64,000 nucleotides of DNA from Candidatus Aenigmatarchaeota archaeon (lineage in GTDB: Archaea > Aenigmatarchaeota > Aenigmatarchaeia > Aenigmatarchaeales > JACQIB01). Of this stretch, positions 48,837 to 57,652 are shown piece after piece. The position numbers and the translations under genes are program-made. Position 1 is the first letter of the stretch. Each line of letters starts with the position of its first letter. The DNA is taken from positions 128,001 to 192,000 of the forward strand of contig JACQIB010000005.1 in NCBI GenBank assembly GCA_016198755.1, given 5' to 3'. A model generated the notes under the pieces. That model had not been told where the DNA came from. It saw only the letters and a list, made by a program, of their open reading frames with translations, and did not search any database.

Positions 48837-49369
48837 ATTATCACCATTGCAAACATAATAGATAGAACGGAAACTATGTCCCCAACTGTTGTGATATAGG
48901 GACCCATTACATTGTTGGGGTCATGACCGCGCTTAAAAAGCCAGAAAGTTGCCGAAAGGGTTAGGGGGATTTCTATTATAGTTGCCAATACACCCGCTAT
49001 AAGGGACATTAGAATAATGTTTGGATAATTTATCTGGAATACAAAAAATGATAGTAGAAATGCCATTACTCCCAAAATAAGGCTTAGTATAATACCCATA
49101 GCAACCGCTGCTGTTATGTTTCCGTAAAGTATTCTTTGTTTGGAAATGGTTGGTTTTAAGACTTTTAGGAAAAGAGCTGAACTTATCCTTGCTGAAAGAC
49201 TGCCTGAAATACTTCCGCGGATTTCCAGGAAACCTGGTAATAGCAGGAGAAGGCCGGGTATAACTTCCAGCTTATTTGTTATAAAAGCCAGAAGAAAACC
49301 TGCGAACAACCCGCCTGTCATGGAGACAATTTCTATACTTAGGATTTCCTTGAAGTCTTTGTTAAACAT
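48833..49369 (-). CDS. MgtE/SLC41-type cation transporter half
   Basis: RGSISGSLSARISSAL, DPNNVMGPYITTVGD. Confidence 0.85.
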   Translation of the reverse strand: MFNKDFKEILSIEIVSMTGGLFAGFLLAFITNKLEVIPGLLLLLPGFLEIRGSISGSLSARISSALFLKVLKPTISKQRILYGNITAAVAMGIILSLILGVMAFLLSFFVFQINYPNIILMSLIAGVLATIIEIPLTLSATFWLFKRGHDPNNVMGPYITTVGDIVSVLSIMFAMVII

Positions 49370-49400
49370 AGGTAAAGGTTGGTTTAGCTGGTAAAAAAGG

Positions 49401-51794
49401 TTACTGCTGCACTTCTACGGAGATCTCTTTTCCGTCCATGAAAATAAGTGACTTTGCTTTCGTTGCTGATAGCAGCTCCTCTTTTACAGCTTCTATTGCT
49501 TTTCTTTCTGCTTCAGGGCAGGCTATTTTCAGTGCAAAAAGCTCTGCGTTCAGCGGCAGGCCTTTTGAGTGCTTCCATTGCCTGACTTCTGATAAAATTA
49601 TGAGAGCAAAATTTCCTCCAGCCTCATAAATCCAGCTATCTGCTCTCTTATCTTTCAAAATAGGCTCTGGCCAGCCTGATAAATTAATTGAAATTGATTT
49701 TTCCCTTTTCCTGAAAAGCAGCTGATAGAGCTCTTCACAGATATGGGGGGTTATTGGATTGAACAGCTTTAGGAAGGTTAGGTAAGTTGTGTATAAAGTC
49801 CAGGCTGCTGCTTTATCCCCAGCGTATATTCTGGCTTTTACAAGCTCTAAATAATTATCACAAAAATCATGCCAGAAAAGCTGTTCTGTTGCTGCTTTTG
49901 AGCTGCTGTATTCACAGTTTTCATATTCTTTTGTGCTCTGAGCTATAAGTATTGAAAGTTTTCTAAGTAGCCACTTGTCTATTGCTCTGAGCTCTGGTTT
50001 CTTTGCCGGAGGTTTTGCCAAAACAGGTTCTATCAAACGCGCAGCAGACCAGAGCTTGTTTAAAAGTTTTTGGCCTGTAGCAACATCCTTTTCCTGATAA
50101 GGCATGTCATCACCAAGTTTAGCAGAGGAAGCCCAGAAACGGAGAGAATCTGCACTGTATTTTTCCACAACCGCCAGCGGGAGCACAACATTCCCCTTGC
50201 TCTTGCTCATCTTATCCCCTCTTTGGTCTAGGCCATGACCGGAAATCATTATATGCTTGAATGGTATGTCTTTGCGGTGGAAGTATGATTTTACAATTGT
50301 ATAGAAAGCCCAGAAGTTTATTATATCATGGGCTTGGGGACGAAGGTCTATTGGAAGGATTTTTTTGTTTAAGTTGTTTTTATCAAGCCAGTGGGAGTTA
50401 ATCATTGGTGTTAGGCCTGAGGTTGCCCATGTATCCATAATATCCTGTTCTGGAATAAAGTCTGTGGAGCCGCATATGCATTTTCCGTGCGGTTTATCTT
50501 TCAAAGGGTTTACTGGCAAATCTTTTTCATCAGCAACCTTTGTTTCCCCGCAGCGCAAACAGTACCAGACTGGGAAGGGGATTCCATAGAAACGCTGGCG
50601 GGAGATACACCAGTCCCATTTTAGGCCAGAAACCCAGTTCCTGTACCGTACATACATGTGGGGGGGGTGCCAGATTATTTTCTCGCCCATTTTCAAAAAT
50701 TCTTCTTTCAGGTCTAAATAACGGATAAACCACTGGTCTGTTACTATAAGCTCTATTTCTGTTCCACAGCGCTCATGCATATTCACTATATGTTTTATTT
50801 TCTCCTGCTTTACTAGTTTTCCCTGTGCTTTCAAGTCTTCTATAATTTTCTGCCTTGCTTCCTCTATTCTCAAACCCGAATAGGGACCTGCTTTCTCATT
50901 GAGGGTTCCGTCCCTGTTCAAAATATATATTATTGGTAACTTGTGAGATCTAACCCACTCAACATCAGCATAATCACCGAAAGTGCATACATAAACTGCA
51001 CCTGTTCCCTTGGAAGGATCTGCTGTACTGTCTGCTAAAATTGGGACTGAACGGTTGAAAAAGGGAATATAGACTTCTTCACCAACAAACTCGTCATACC
51101 TTTTATCTGAAGGGTTTACAAAGATTGCAACGCAAGCTGGCATAAGCTCTGGCCTTGTTGTAGCTATTGTTATTTTCCTATTCATACCTAGGACATCCAG
51201 GTCTATGTAATTGAGAGTCCCCTCTTTCTCTTTATCCTCCATTTCCGCCTGTGCTATAGCAGTTTTACAGCGCACGCACCAGATTGTTGCATCATCTTTC
51301 ATGTAAGCCCTCTTCTGTTTATAGAGCTGGATAAAAGACCATTGAGAGAGTTTTTGAACAGCAGGATCTATTGTTGTGTAAAGCAGAGACCAGTCGCAGG
51401 AGATTCCGAGGGTTTTCCAGATTTTTGTATATTCCTGCTGCCTTTCCTTTGTCACCTCCATAACAGCCTGTATAAACTTTTCCCTGCCTACAAATTCTGC
51501 TTTAATGTTCTTTGTCTTCTCTGTAAGCAAATCTGTTGCTAAACCATTGTTATCAAAGCCCATTGGATAGAAAACATTAAACCCGCGCATTCTCCAGAAG
51601 CGTGCTATAAACTCTGCCTGAGAGTAGGAGAAAGCATGTCCCATGTGAAGCTGGCCTGAGATTGTTGGGGGAGGGGTGTCTATGCTGTAAACATTATTTT
51701 TGCTTTTTGAGTCAAAGCTGAAAACCTTGTTTTCCTCCCAAAATTTTTGTATTCTAGGCTCTGTTTCTTTTGGATCGTATCTGTCTGCCAGCAT
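49401..51794 (-). CDS. valS: Valine--tRNA ligase (archaeal type)
   Basis: IDTPPPTISGQLHMGH, WDWCISRQR, KMSKS. Confidence 0.96.
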   Translation of the reverse strand: MLADRYDPKETEPRIQKFWEENKVFSFDSKSKNNVYSIDTPPPTISGQLHMGHAFSYSQAEFIARFWRMRGFNVFYPMGFDNNGLATDLLTEKTKNIKAEFVGREKFIQAVMEVTKERQQEYTKIWKTLGISCDWSLLYTTIDPAVQKLSQWSFIQLYKQKRAYMKDDATIWCVRCKTAIAQAEMEDKEKEGTLNYIDLDVLGMNRKITIATTRPELMPACVAIFVNPSDKRYDEFVGEEVYIPFFNRSVPILADSTADPSKGTGAVYVCTFGDYADVEWVRSHKLPIIYILNRDGTLNEKAGPYSGLRIEEARQKIIEDLKAQGKLVKQEKIKHIVNMHERCGTEIELIVTDQWFIRYLDLKEEFLKMGEKIIWHPPHMYVRYRNWVSGLKWDWCISRQRFYGIPFPVWYCLRCGETKVADEKDLPVNPLKDKPHGKCICGSTDFIPEQDIMDTWATSGLTPMINSHWLDKNNLNKKILPIDLRPQAHDIINFWAFYTIVKSYFHRKDIPFKHIMISGHGLDQRGDKMSKSKGNVVLPLAVVEKYSADSLRFWASSAKLGDDMPYQEKDVATGQKLLNKLWSAARLIEPVLAKPPAKKPELRAIDKWLLRKLSILIAQSTKEYENCEYSSSKAATEQLFWHDFCDNYLELVKARIYAGDKAAAWTLYTTYLTFLKLFNPITPHICEELYQLLFRKREKSISINLSGWPEPILKDKRADSWIYEAGGNFALIILSEVRQWKHSKGLPLNAELFALKIACPEAERKAIEAVKEELLSATKAKSLIFMDGKEISVEVQQ

Positions 51795-51846
51795 AGTTTC
51801 AGATTTTGCTTAACATACTTATAAAGTAAGATGAGCCATATTCTGC

Positions 51847-52338
51847 ATGGTTGTTGAGCTGATACCTTTGGACTGGATTCCTATTGTACAGCTATATGGA
51901 CCGCTGGGTCTTTTTGTATGGAACTTTATATCAGGTTCTATCATTCCACTGAGCAATGAGATACCTATTGTGGGTGCAACAGCATTTTTAGATCCTTTAA
52001 CAATTTTTATTTACTCTACTCTTGGAACATGGGTTGGGGGACTTACAAACTATTATATTGGATATAAAGGGATAAACACATGGTGGGCAAAGAGAGACCC
52101 AAGAGCAGAAGCAAAGGCACAGAAGTTTTTCAAAAAATGGGGAGATATTTTATATCTTGGTGCCTCGGAAATACCGTTTATAGGAGATCCGCTGCTTATT
52201 GTGGCTGGGGCTGCAAAAGCTGACTTCAAAAGATTTGCTGTTCTTACTTTAGTTGGAAAGGGAATAAAAGTTGCACTTTTTGTTTTGGCTGGAAGGCTTA
52301 TTTTAGGCTGGTTTGGAGTGCCAATACCTATCGTATAA
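51847..52338 (+). CDS. DedA/VTT (YqaA-like) membrane protein
   Basis: IIPLSNE, GGLTNYYIG, IPFIGDPL. Confidence 0.85.
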   Translation: MVVELIPLDWIPIVQLYGPLGLFVWNFISGSIIPLSNEIPIVGATAFLDPLTIFIYSTLGTWVGGLTNYYIGYKGINTWWAKRDPRAEAKAQKFFKKWGDILYLGASEIPFIGDPLLIVAGAAKADFKRFAVLTLVGKGIKVALFVLAGRLILGWFGVPIPIV

Positions 52339-52765
52339 TCTTTAGGCTGGAACCTATTTTTATATTGTTTTTGGCTGTGAACCCGCCTGGAGCTTCGAGA
52401 ATATACTTTGCACCTGTTGGGGGGGAATATACTGGACAATCTGCAATTTTGCATGGAACCATTTTTTGAATATATACAACTTTCAAATCCTGCGATATCC
52501 AGATAGCATCCAGATCATAGTATACATTTTTCATCCATAAACTATACTTATCCTCTTTATTGAAAACAAAGAACATACCCTCTGGAAGAACTGCCCTGTA
52601 CATTAATCCTGTTTCCTGATCCTGCTCTGTTTGTGCAAGTTCAGCATTTACTCTTATACCATTGTCAAATTCCAGAACCACACTTTCTTTTTTTGGAAAA
52701 ATAAATATCATGGAAACCGTTAGAAGTATGGCTATTCCTACTATAGCAAACAAAACCTTTTTCAT
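52328..52765 (-). CDS. DUF192 protein
   Basis: GLMYR, GMFFVF, WMKN, YILE. Confidence 0.9.
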   Translation of the reverse strand: MKKVLFAIVGIAILLTVSMIFIFPKKESVVLEFDNGIRVNAELAQTEQDQETGLMYRAVLPEGMFFVFNKEDKYSLWMKNVYYDLDAIWISQDLKVVYIQKMVPCKIADCPVYSPPTGAKYILEAPGGFTAKNNIKIGSSLKIIR

Positions 52766-52802
52766 GCAACCTATTTATCAATTGAAGGGTTAAATAGGTT
52801 TC

Positions 52803-52820
52803 GGGCCCGTGGTCTAGCGG
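52803..52820 (+). pseudogene. 5' tRNA remnant (positions 1 to about 18)
   Basis: GGGCCCG-TG-GTCT-AGCGG, then abrupt AT-rich sequence; TTTATCAA box 29 nt upstream. Confidence 0.65.
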
Positions 52821-52883
52821 ATGCTAAATATGTGATGTATAATAAAAATCTATTTATTTGGTCTTGTCCATAGCTTAAATGGA

Positions 52884-53861
52884 ATGATAACAATGAGACT
52901 CTTGATAAAAAACAAAGATGATGTATTCCAAACTTTATTTGAAAGAACCGGCTTGACGCGCGGACAACTTGCAAAAATAATAGGTGTTAGTTACTGGACA
53001 CTAAAACATTGGCTACGGGATTACACTGTACCGGAAAAATATTTCATAAAATTAAGTCATATTTGCCCAGAAATTGAAGATATTGCAATCTGCGAAAAGC
53101 TTCCAGATAACTGGGGTGCTGTTAAGGGTGGTAAAATTTCTTTTTGTAAGAAGAGTAGGTATGCTATACTTAAACAAGCCGAAAGAGCCAGAAATGGTAT
53201 AATATACAAATTTAAATCGCCTCCGTTTAATAGAGATTTCTGCGAATTTTATGGAATATTGCTAGGAGATGGTTGTGTATTCAAATTTTTTGTAAAGAGT
53301 GAGAATCGTACCAGATATAGTGTTTCTGTAAGCGGTAATAGTATTAATGATTTAGAGTATTTCAAAAATAATATTTTACCATTAGTTAATCGCCTCTTTG
53401 GGTTGTCACCATCTATCATATATTATAGCTCTTGTAATGGTATTAGAATTGATATTAGATATAAGGTAATGGCAGATGTGTTTTTGAAGCTGGGGTTCCC
53501 TTTAGGAAAGAAAAAAGAACTTTCTATACCAAATAAGATTCTAAATTCTGGCATGATAAATATAAACAGGACAATAAGAGGTTTATTTGACACTGATGGT
53601 TGTTTTTTTGCAAGAAAAGATGAAAACTATCTCTATCCTCATATTATGATAACGAGTTATAGTGCAAACTTGCGTAACCAGCTCGTAGAAATTTTAAAAA
53701 GACAAAACTTTCGTCCCTATATACACTCTACAAATGTAGTTATACGAGGGAAGAAAAATATTATAAAATGGTTTGGTAAGATAGGATCGTCTCACCCTCA
53801 AATATTAAATAGATATAAGACATGGAAGCTTACAGGAAGATTATTGCCAAAGGGCCCATAG
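52884..53861 (+). mobile_element. Free-standing HTH + double-motif LAGLIDADG homing endonuclease gene
   Basis: HTH LTRGQLAKIIGVSYWTLKHW; FYGILLGDG and IRGLFDTDG; no intein termini; AT-rich. Confidence 0.85.
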
Positions 53862-53927
53862 ATCAATTGGAAGATCGCTACCTTCGCAAGGTAGAGGCTC
53901 CGGGTTCAAATCCCGGTGGGTCCACCA
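53852..53927 (+). tRNA. tRNA-Ala(CGC) with encoded CCA
   Basis: Full cloverleaf, CTACC-TTCGCAA-GGTAG, G3:U70, GGTTCAAATCC. Confidence 0.95.
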
Positions 53928-53940
53928 CAAACTTTAGAAA

Positions 53941-54894
53941 TTAATTAACAACATTTGTAGGTACATCACGAAGGAAGCTTTCTATATTGCTAATGAATGT
54001 CTCCTGTTTATTCAATCTTGCCTCTTTTGTTGCAAATGCAAGTGGGGGGTAAAGCACGCAATTTTTATAGTTTGATAGGGTTTTTATCAAATCTGGTAAC
54101 ATCTCATCTGTATGGTCTGCAATATAAACCATATCATTTTTTGCAAGCCTACTTTCCAGAGCAGAGAAATCTATAAGCTCGTTCGGTGATAGATTTACAA
54201 AAATTGCACCGGGCTTTATTTTTCTTATTTTGACTTCGTTCATGAAGAGGTTTGTATCTTTATTCCATGGAAGGTTTATAGATAAAAAATCTGACTCTGC
54301 CAATAGTCTGTCTATATCTTTATACTTTATTCCCTTTTGTTCTGCCTCAGGCTTCCTGTTTCTAGACCAATAATATACATTTGCACCAAATGCTAGAGCC
54401 AGCTCAGCAATCCTATAACCTATCCTTCCTAGCCCTATCACACCAAAGTTCTTTCTCATTATCTCGTATATAGGGAATTTTGGAACCTCGGAAAAATCCC
54501 CCTCACGCGCAAGTTGTTTTGAGCGCTCCAGGTCGCGTATATATTCTAAAATTGCACCAATGGCAAATTCCGCAACAGCTTCTGTACTAAAACCTGGGAT
54601 ATTGCAAATTGGAATATTTTTCGTTTTTGCATACTCTGGTTCTGCTTTCCCATAAGCTGTGGAGTATACACCAATATATCTTAGATTTGGAGCTGCATCA
54701 ATAAACTCCCTCGTAATAGGTACTGCAAATATGTTTGACAAAAGACAGTCTGCTCCCCGTAATTCTTCTACTATGTTTTGGCTGTCTTTTCCTAGTTTTA
54801 CAATATTATTCCCAAGGGAGTCGAGCCTTTGCCAATGCTCAGAATCTAAGAGTGCATCAGAAAAACCCAGCATTACTATTTTTTTAAATGTCAT
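53941..54894 (-). CDS. D-2-hydroxyacid dehydrogenase family protein
   Basis: STEAVAE, GVIGLGRIG, SDFLSINLP. Confidence 0.88.
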   Translation of the reverse strand: MTFKKIVMLGFSDALLDSEHWQRLDSLGNNIVKLGKDSQNIVEELRGADCLLSNIFAVPITREFIDAAPNLRYIGVYSTAYGKAEPEYAKTKNIPICNIPGFSTEAVAEFAIGAILEYIRDLERSKQLAREGDFSEVPKFPIYEIMRKNFGVIGLGRIGYRIAELALAFGANVYYWSRNRKPEAEQKGIKYKDIDRLLAESDFLSINLPWNKDTNLFMNEVKIRKIKPGAIFVNLSPNELIDFSALESRLAKNDMVYIADHTDEMLPDLIKTLSNYKNCVLYPPLAFATKEARLNKQETFISNIESFLRDVPTNVVN

Positions 54895-54944
54895 ATTATA
54901 TACTTCATATTAAAGCTTTTAAGCTTTTCGAATTTGCGATTGGT

Positions 54945-55193
54945 TTATTTCAGCCTTCTTAACAGGTAGTTGTAAGCCACTGCAAAGATGTAGCCGAAAG
55001 CCAGTGCCATTGCTAATGTTCCAATCAAGCCATATGCCATTAGAGCTGGACTTGACCAGAAGCCTGGATAAAGCAGGTTTACCATAGATGGTTGTTGCAT
55101 AAGTCCATGGTATACATAGCCTGCCAGATCCATTAGGAATGTTACTGCTGCAAGTGCTACTGCCATAGCTTTCGGATTTATTTCATTTCCCAT
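54945..55193 (-). CDS. Small two-TM membrane protein
   Basis: Start ATG 55193 after GGGGTGA SD; two hydrophobic helices. Confidence 0.7.
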   Translation of the reverse strand: MGNEINPKAMAVALAAVTFLMDLAGYVYHGLMQQPSMVNLLYPGFWSSPALMAYGLIGTLAMALAFGYIFAVAYNYLLRRLK

Positions 55194-55259
55194 GTTCTTC
55201 ACCCCCAGAAATATTGGGTTGTTCTTACCTTTAAAAATATGCGGCACAAACACTGAAAC

Positions 55260-55392
55260 GGCCCGATGGCTCAGACTGGTTAGAGCACCACACTGATAAT
55301 GTGGGGGTCGAGAGTTCAAAGCTCAGGGGGACGTTTCCCCCTACAGCCCTACCCCCTCTTGGTGGAGCTGGAAAATCTCTCTCGGGCCACCA
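55260..55392 (+). tRNA. tRNA-Ile(GAT) with a 55-nt T-loop intron (55321-55375)
   Basis: GGCCCGA/TCGGGCC acceptor, CCACA-CTGATAA-TGTGG, GAGAG-TTCAAA[intron]T-CTCTC, CCA. Confidence 0.9.
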
Positions 55393-55506
55393 CTTAATCT
55401 TTTACCGGAAACTTCTGCTGGGAGTATAACACTGTTATATTAGTGGACCTTGTATAGCGATTTGCGCTTCATAAGGAGTTTAAATAATGAGCAAGAGTTT
55501 TGCTGT

Positions 55507-55791
55507 ATGTTAGATGGTGTGTGGTATTTGGGACAAACCATAGATGCTCCTTTGAAAAATGGAAGAAAAACCCCAGTTCACCTATATTCCGAGGGAAGTG
55601 ATCCAAAGCCATTTGGAAGCTATGCTGATGCAGCAGCAATGGCCATGAAATTTAATAGCGGACACTGGGAAGGACAACCAACAACAGGGGGCTCATGGAC
55701 TGTTTATAGTATGAAAGAACTGAAAGGAATGAAAATTACAAACCCACCGGCAAGGCCAAGGTCTGCTGCTGAAATACCGGATCTAGAATAG
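55507..55791 (+). CDS. Hypothetical protein
   Basis: ATG 55507 is 28 nt after TTTAAATA. Confidence 0.5.
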   Translation: MLDGVWYLGQTIDAPLKNGRKTPVHLYSEGSDPKPFGSYADAAAMAMKFNSGHWEGQPTTGGSWTVYSMKELKGMKITNPPARPRSAAEIPDLE

Positions 55792-55801
55792 TGCTTTATA
55801 G

Positions 55802-57190
55802 TTAAGGAGCCACACCAAATATCCTCTTGATTAAGTTGATAAGATCCTGCAGAAGCTTTGCAAAAGTATTTATACATGCCCCATCACTGCAGCCGTTTGG
55901 ACAGGTTGTTTTATAGCTCAAAACTTGATTACCCTGACAATAGTATTCTGTTAAATTATTCTCTGCGCAGCTGTCTTCAGATATGCTGCCGTCTATTCCC
56001 ACAACAACCCCGCGTTCAGAAACTGATATGCCCTTATCGCTGTCTGTACAAATCTGTGATTGTGGAAGAGAAAGTGTTGTCTGGCTTGCCCCAGGGGTAG
56101 CACAAACAGAATTAAGACAGTATCCGCTTAAACAATAATTATGAGTTGAACATGGATATCCGTCTGGCGCAGTGCCCCTTATTGTAGTTGGGAAGAGAGT
56201 TGTTGTGGTTTGTCCAGCAGCTGTGGTTGTTGTCTGGATTGTAGTGGTTGTAACACTGGTCGCACCTGGACCAGCACCGCCTGCACCACCGGAAGTGGTT
56301 TGTGTCACACCACCGGAAGTTGTGGTTGTTGTGTTCGTGCAGACAGAACTGACAGAATTCCATATACATCCAGCAGCTCCGCAGCTCAATGAACCACATG
56401 CTGTACAGTTAGCAAGTGAGCAGGGAATTGTTGTTGTAGTTGTTGTTATAGTTGTGCTGGTTGTGGTTGTCGTAGTAGTTGTTGTAGTTCCGCCTGAGGA
56501 AAGGTAATAAGACGTTATTTCGCTATCACCTAAAGATCTGTTGTAAATTTTTAAGTCATCTATATCAGTATCCACTGCTGTGTCTCCAATTATTATGTCA
56601 ACGTGAGGCATTGCCGTGGGCTCAGCGTATTCACCCCCAGAACTTGAGTGAATCAATTGGGTATCAAGATAATAAGCTGCACTGTTAGCATCCCTTTTGA
56701 ATACAACATGGTGCCACTGGCCATGTGTCATGTTGTTTGGATTGCTTACTTGTCTCCAATAACCTGTAGAGCTGCTTCCAAAACCTGCTATTACAGGACC
56801 AAAATTATATTGGTTCCATAATTGCCTGAATATATAGAAATTATAATTTGTTGGACCGTTCCCTTTGTACACTAGATTCTGTGCAAAGCTTTGGTCTGAG
56901 CGCTGCCTGAACCAGAAGGAAATTGTATATGTCTGTAAATCGAAAGAACTGTTATAGGGAATTTTTAGCCAGTCTGAAGCTGAAGGAATATAAGCATAAC
57001 TTCCTACCTGCCCGCCTGATTTGTAGGAAACTCCACCTATAATTGCAGCAGCTGCTCCGCCGGAAACTTCGTTGTTCCCGTTCCCGTCAAACTTCCAGTA
57101 TCCCACTAATCCGTCTTCAGCTAAAACTGAAGTTGAAAGAACGGAAATGGAAATTAGAAGAGTGAAAGCTACAATAAACTTGTTTTTCAT
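55802..57190 (-). CDS. Secreted LamG-like protein with Thr-rich linkers and Cys-rich modules
   Basis: Signal peptide, LVGYWKFDG, QWHHVV, IDDLKIYNRSL, poly-Thr, CTDSDKG ... LTEYYC ... CPNGCSDGAC. Confidence 0.88.
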   Translation of the reverse strand: MKNKFIVAFTLLISISVLSTSVLAEDGLVGYWKFDGNGNNEVSGGAAAAIIGGVSYKSGGQVGSYAYIPSASDWLKIPYNSSFDLQTYTISFWFRQRSDQSFAQNLVYKGNGPTNYNFYIFRQLWNQYNFGPVIAGFGSSSTGYWRQVSNPNNMTHGQWHHVVFKRDANSAAYYLDTQLIHSSSGGEYAEPTAMPHVDIIIGDTAVDTDIDDLKIYNRSLGDSEITSYYLSSGGTTTTTTTTTTSTTITTTTTTIPCSLANCTACGSLSCGAAGCIWNSVSSVCTNTTTTTSGGVTQTTSGGAGGAGPGATSVTTTTIQTTTTAAGQTTTTLFPTTIRGTAPDGYPCSTHNYCLSGYCLNSVCATPGASQTTLSLPQSQICTDSDKGISVSERGVVVGIDGSISEDSCAENNLTEYYCQGNQVLSYKTTCPNGCSDGACINTFAKLLQDLINLIKRIFGVAP

Positions 57191-57227
57191 AATTCTAATG
57201 GTAAAAACCAGTATATAAACGCTTCCC

Positions 57228-57650
57228 TTATAGATTTTCGATTTTAACTCTCTTGGAAAATTCAGCCCCGGAAAGTTTCTTGTCTAGGAAAGATAAAATA
57301 TCGGGTACAGTTGCCGTGAACTGGGCAGAAGGTTTCTGGCTTTTGAAAATAGTTACTACAACATCCTTGGATTTGGGAGAAACGCGCGCAGCAGCCCCAA
57401 ATGTGAAATATGCTGAAACTGCAGAATCCATTCCTGCTGGAAGCTCATATGCAACCTTTACTCCGCTGTCTGTAACATCAACAAGAGCATCATCTATTCC
57501 GCCGGAATAAAGGGCTGCAAAGAGCTCTGTGCTGCGGGAATCCAGCTCTGGAAGGGGTTCTGGTTTGGACATGTATAGATAAGAAAATAATCCTGCTACA
57601 GCAATAACAATAATCACAGCCAATGCCAAGATTACTTTTTTCCACTTCAT
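57228..57650 (-). CDS. Membrane-anchored hypothetical protein
   Basis: N-terminal TM helix; co-directional with neighbouring surface genes. Confidence 0.65.
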   Translation of the reverse strand: MKWKKVILALAVIIVIAVAGLFSYLYMSKPEPLPELDSRSTELFAALYSGGIDDALVDVTDSGVKVAYELPAGMDSAVSAYFTFGAAARVSPKSKDVVVTIFKSQKPSAQFTATVPDILSFLDKKLSGAEFSKRVKIENL

Positions 57651-57652
57651 GT

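Noticed and set aside
52803-53927. One tRNA with a ~1-kb BHB or group I intron
   Set aside because: The downstream tRNA is already complete, the stub's D-stem register and G15 do not fit it, and no BHB or group I core was seen; disfavoured rather than excluded
54945-55319. ORF extension overlapping tRNA-Ile
   Set aside because: The N-terminal part is antisense to the tRNA; the SD-supported start is 55193
56190-56490. GTT/GTA microsatellite-like tracts and the poly-Val ORF 56172-56507
   Set aside because: Antisense shadow of the poly-Thr linkers in the LamG protein
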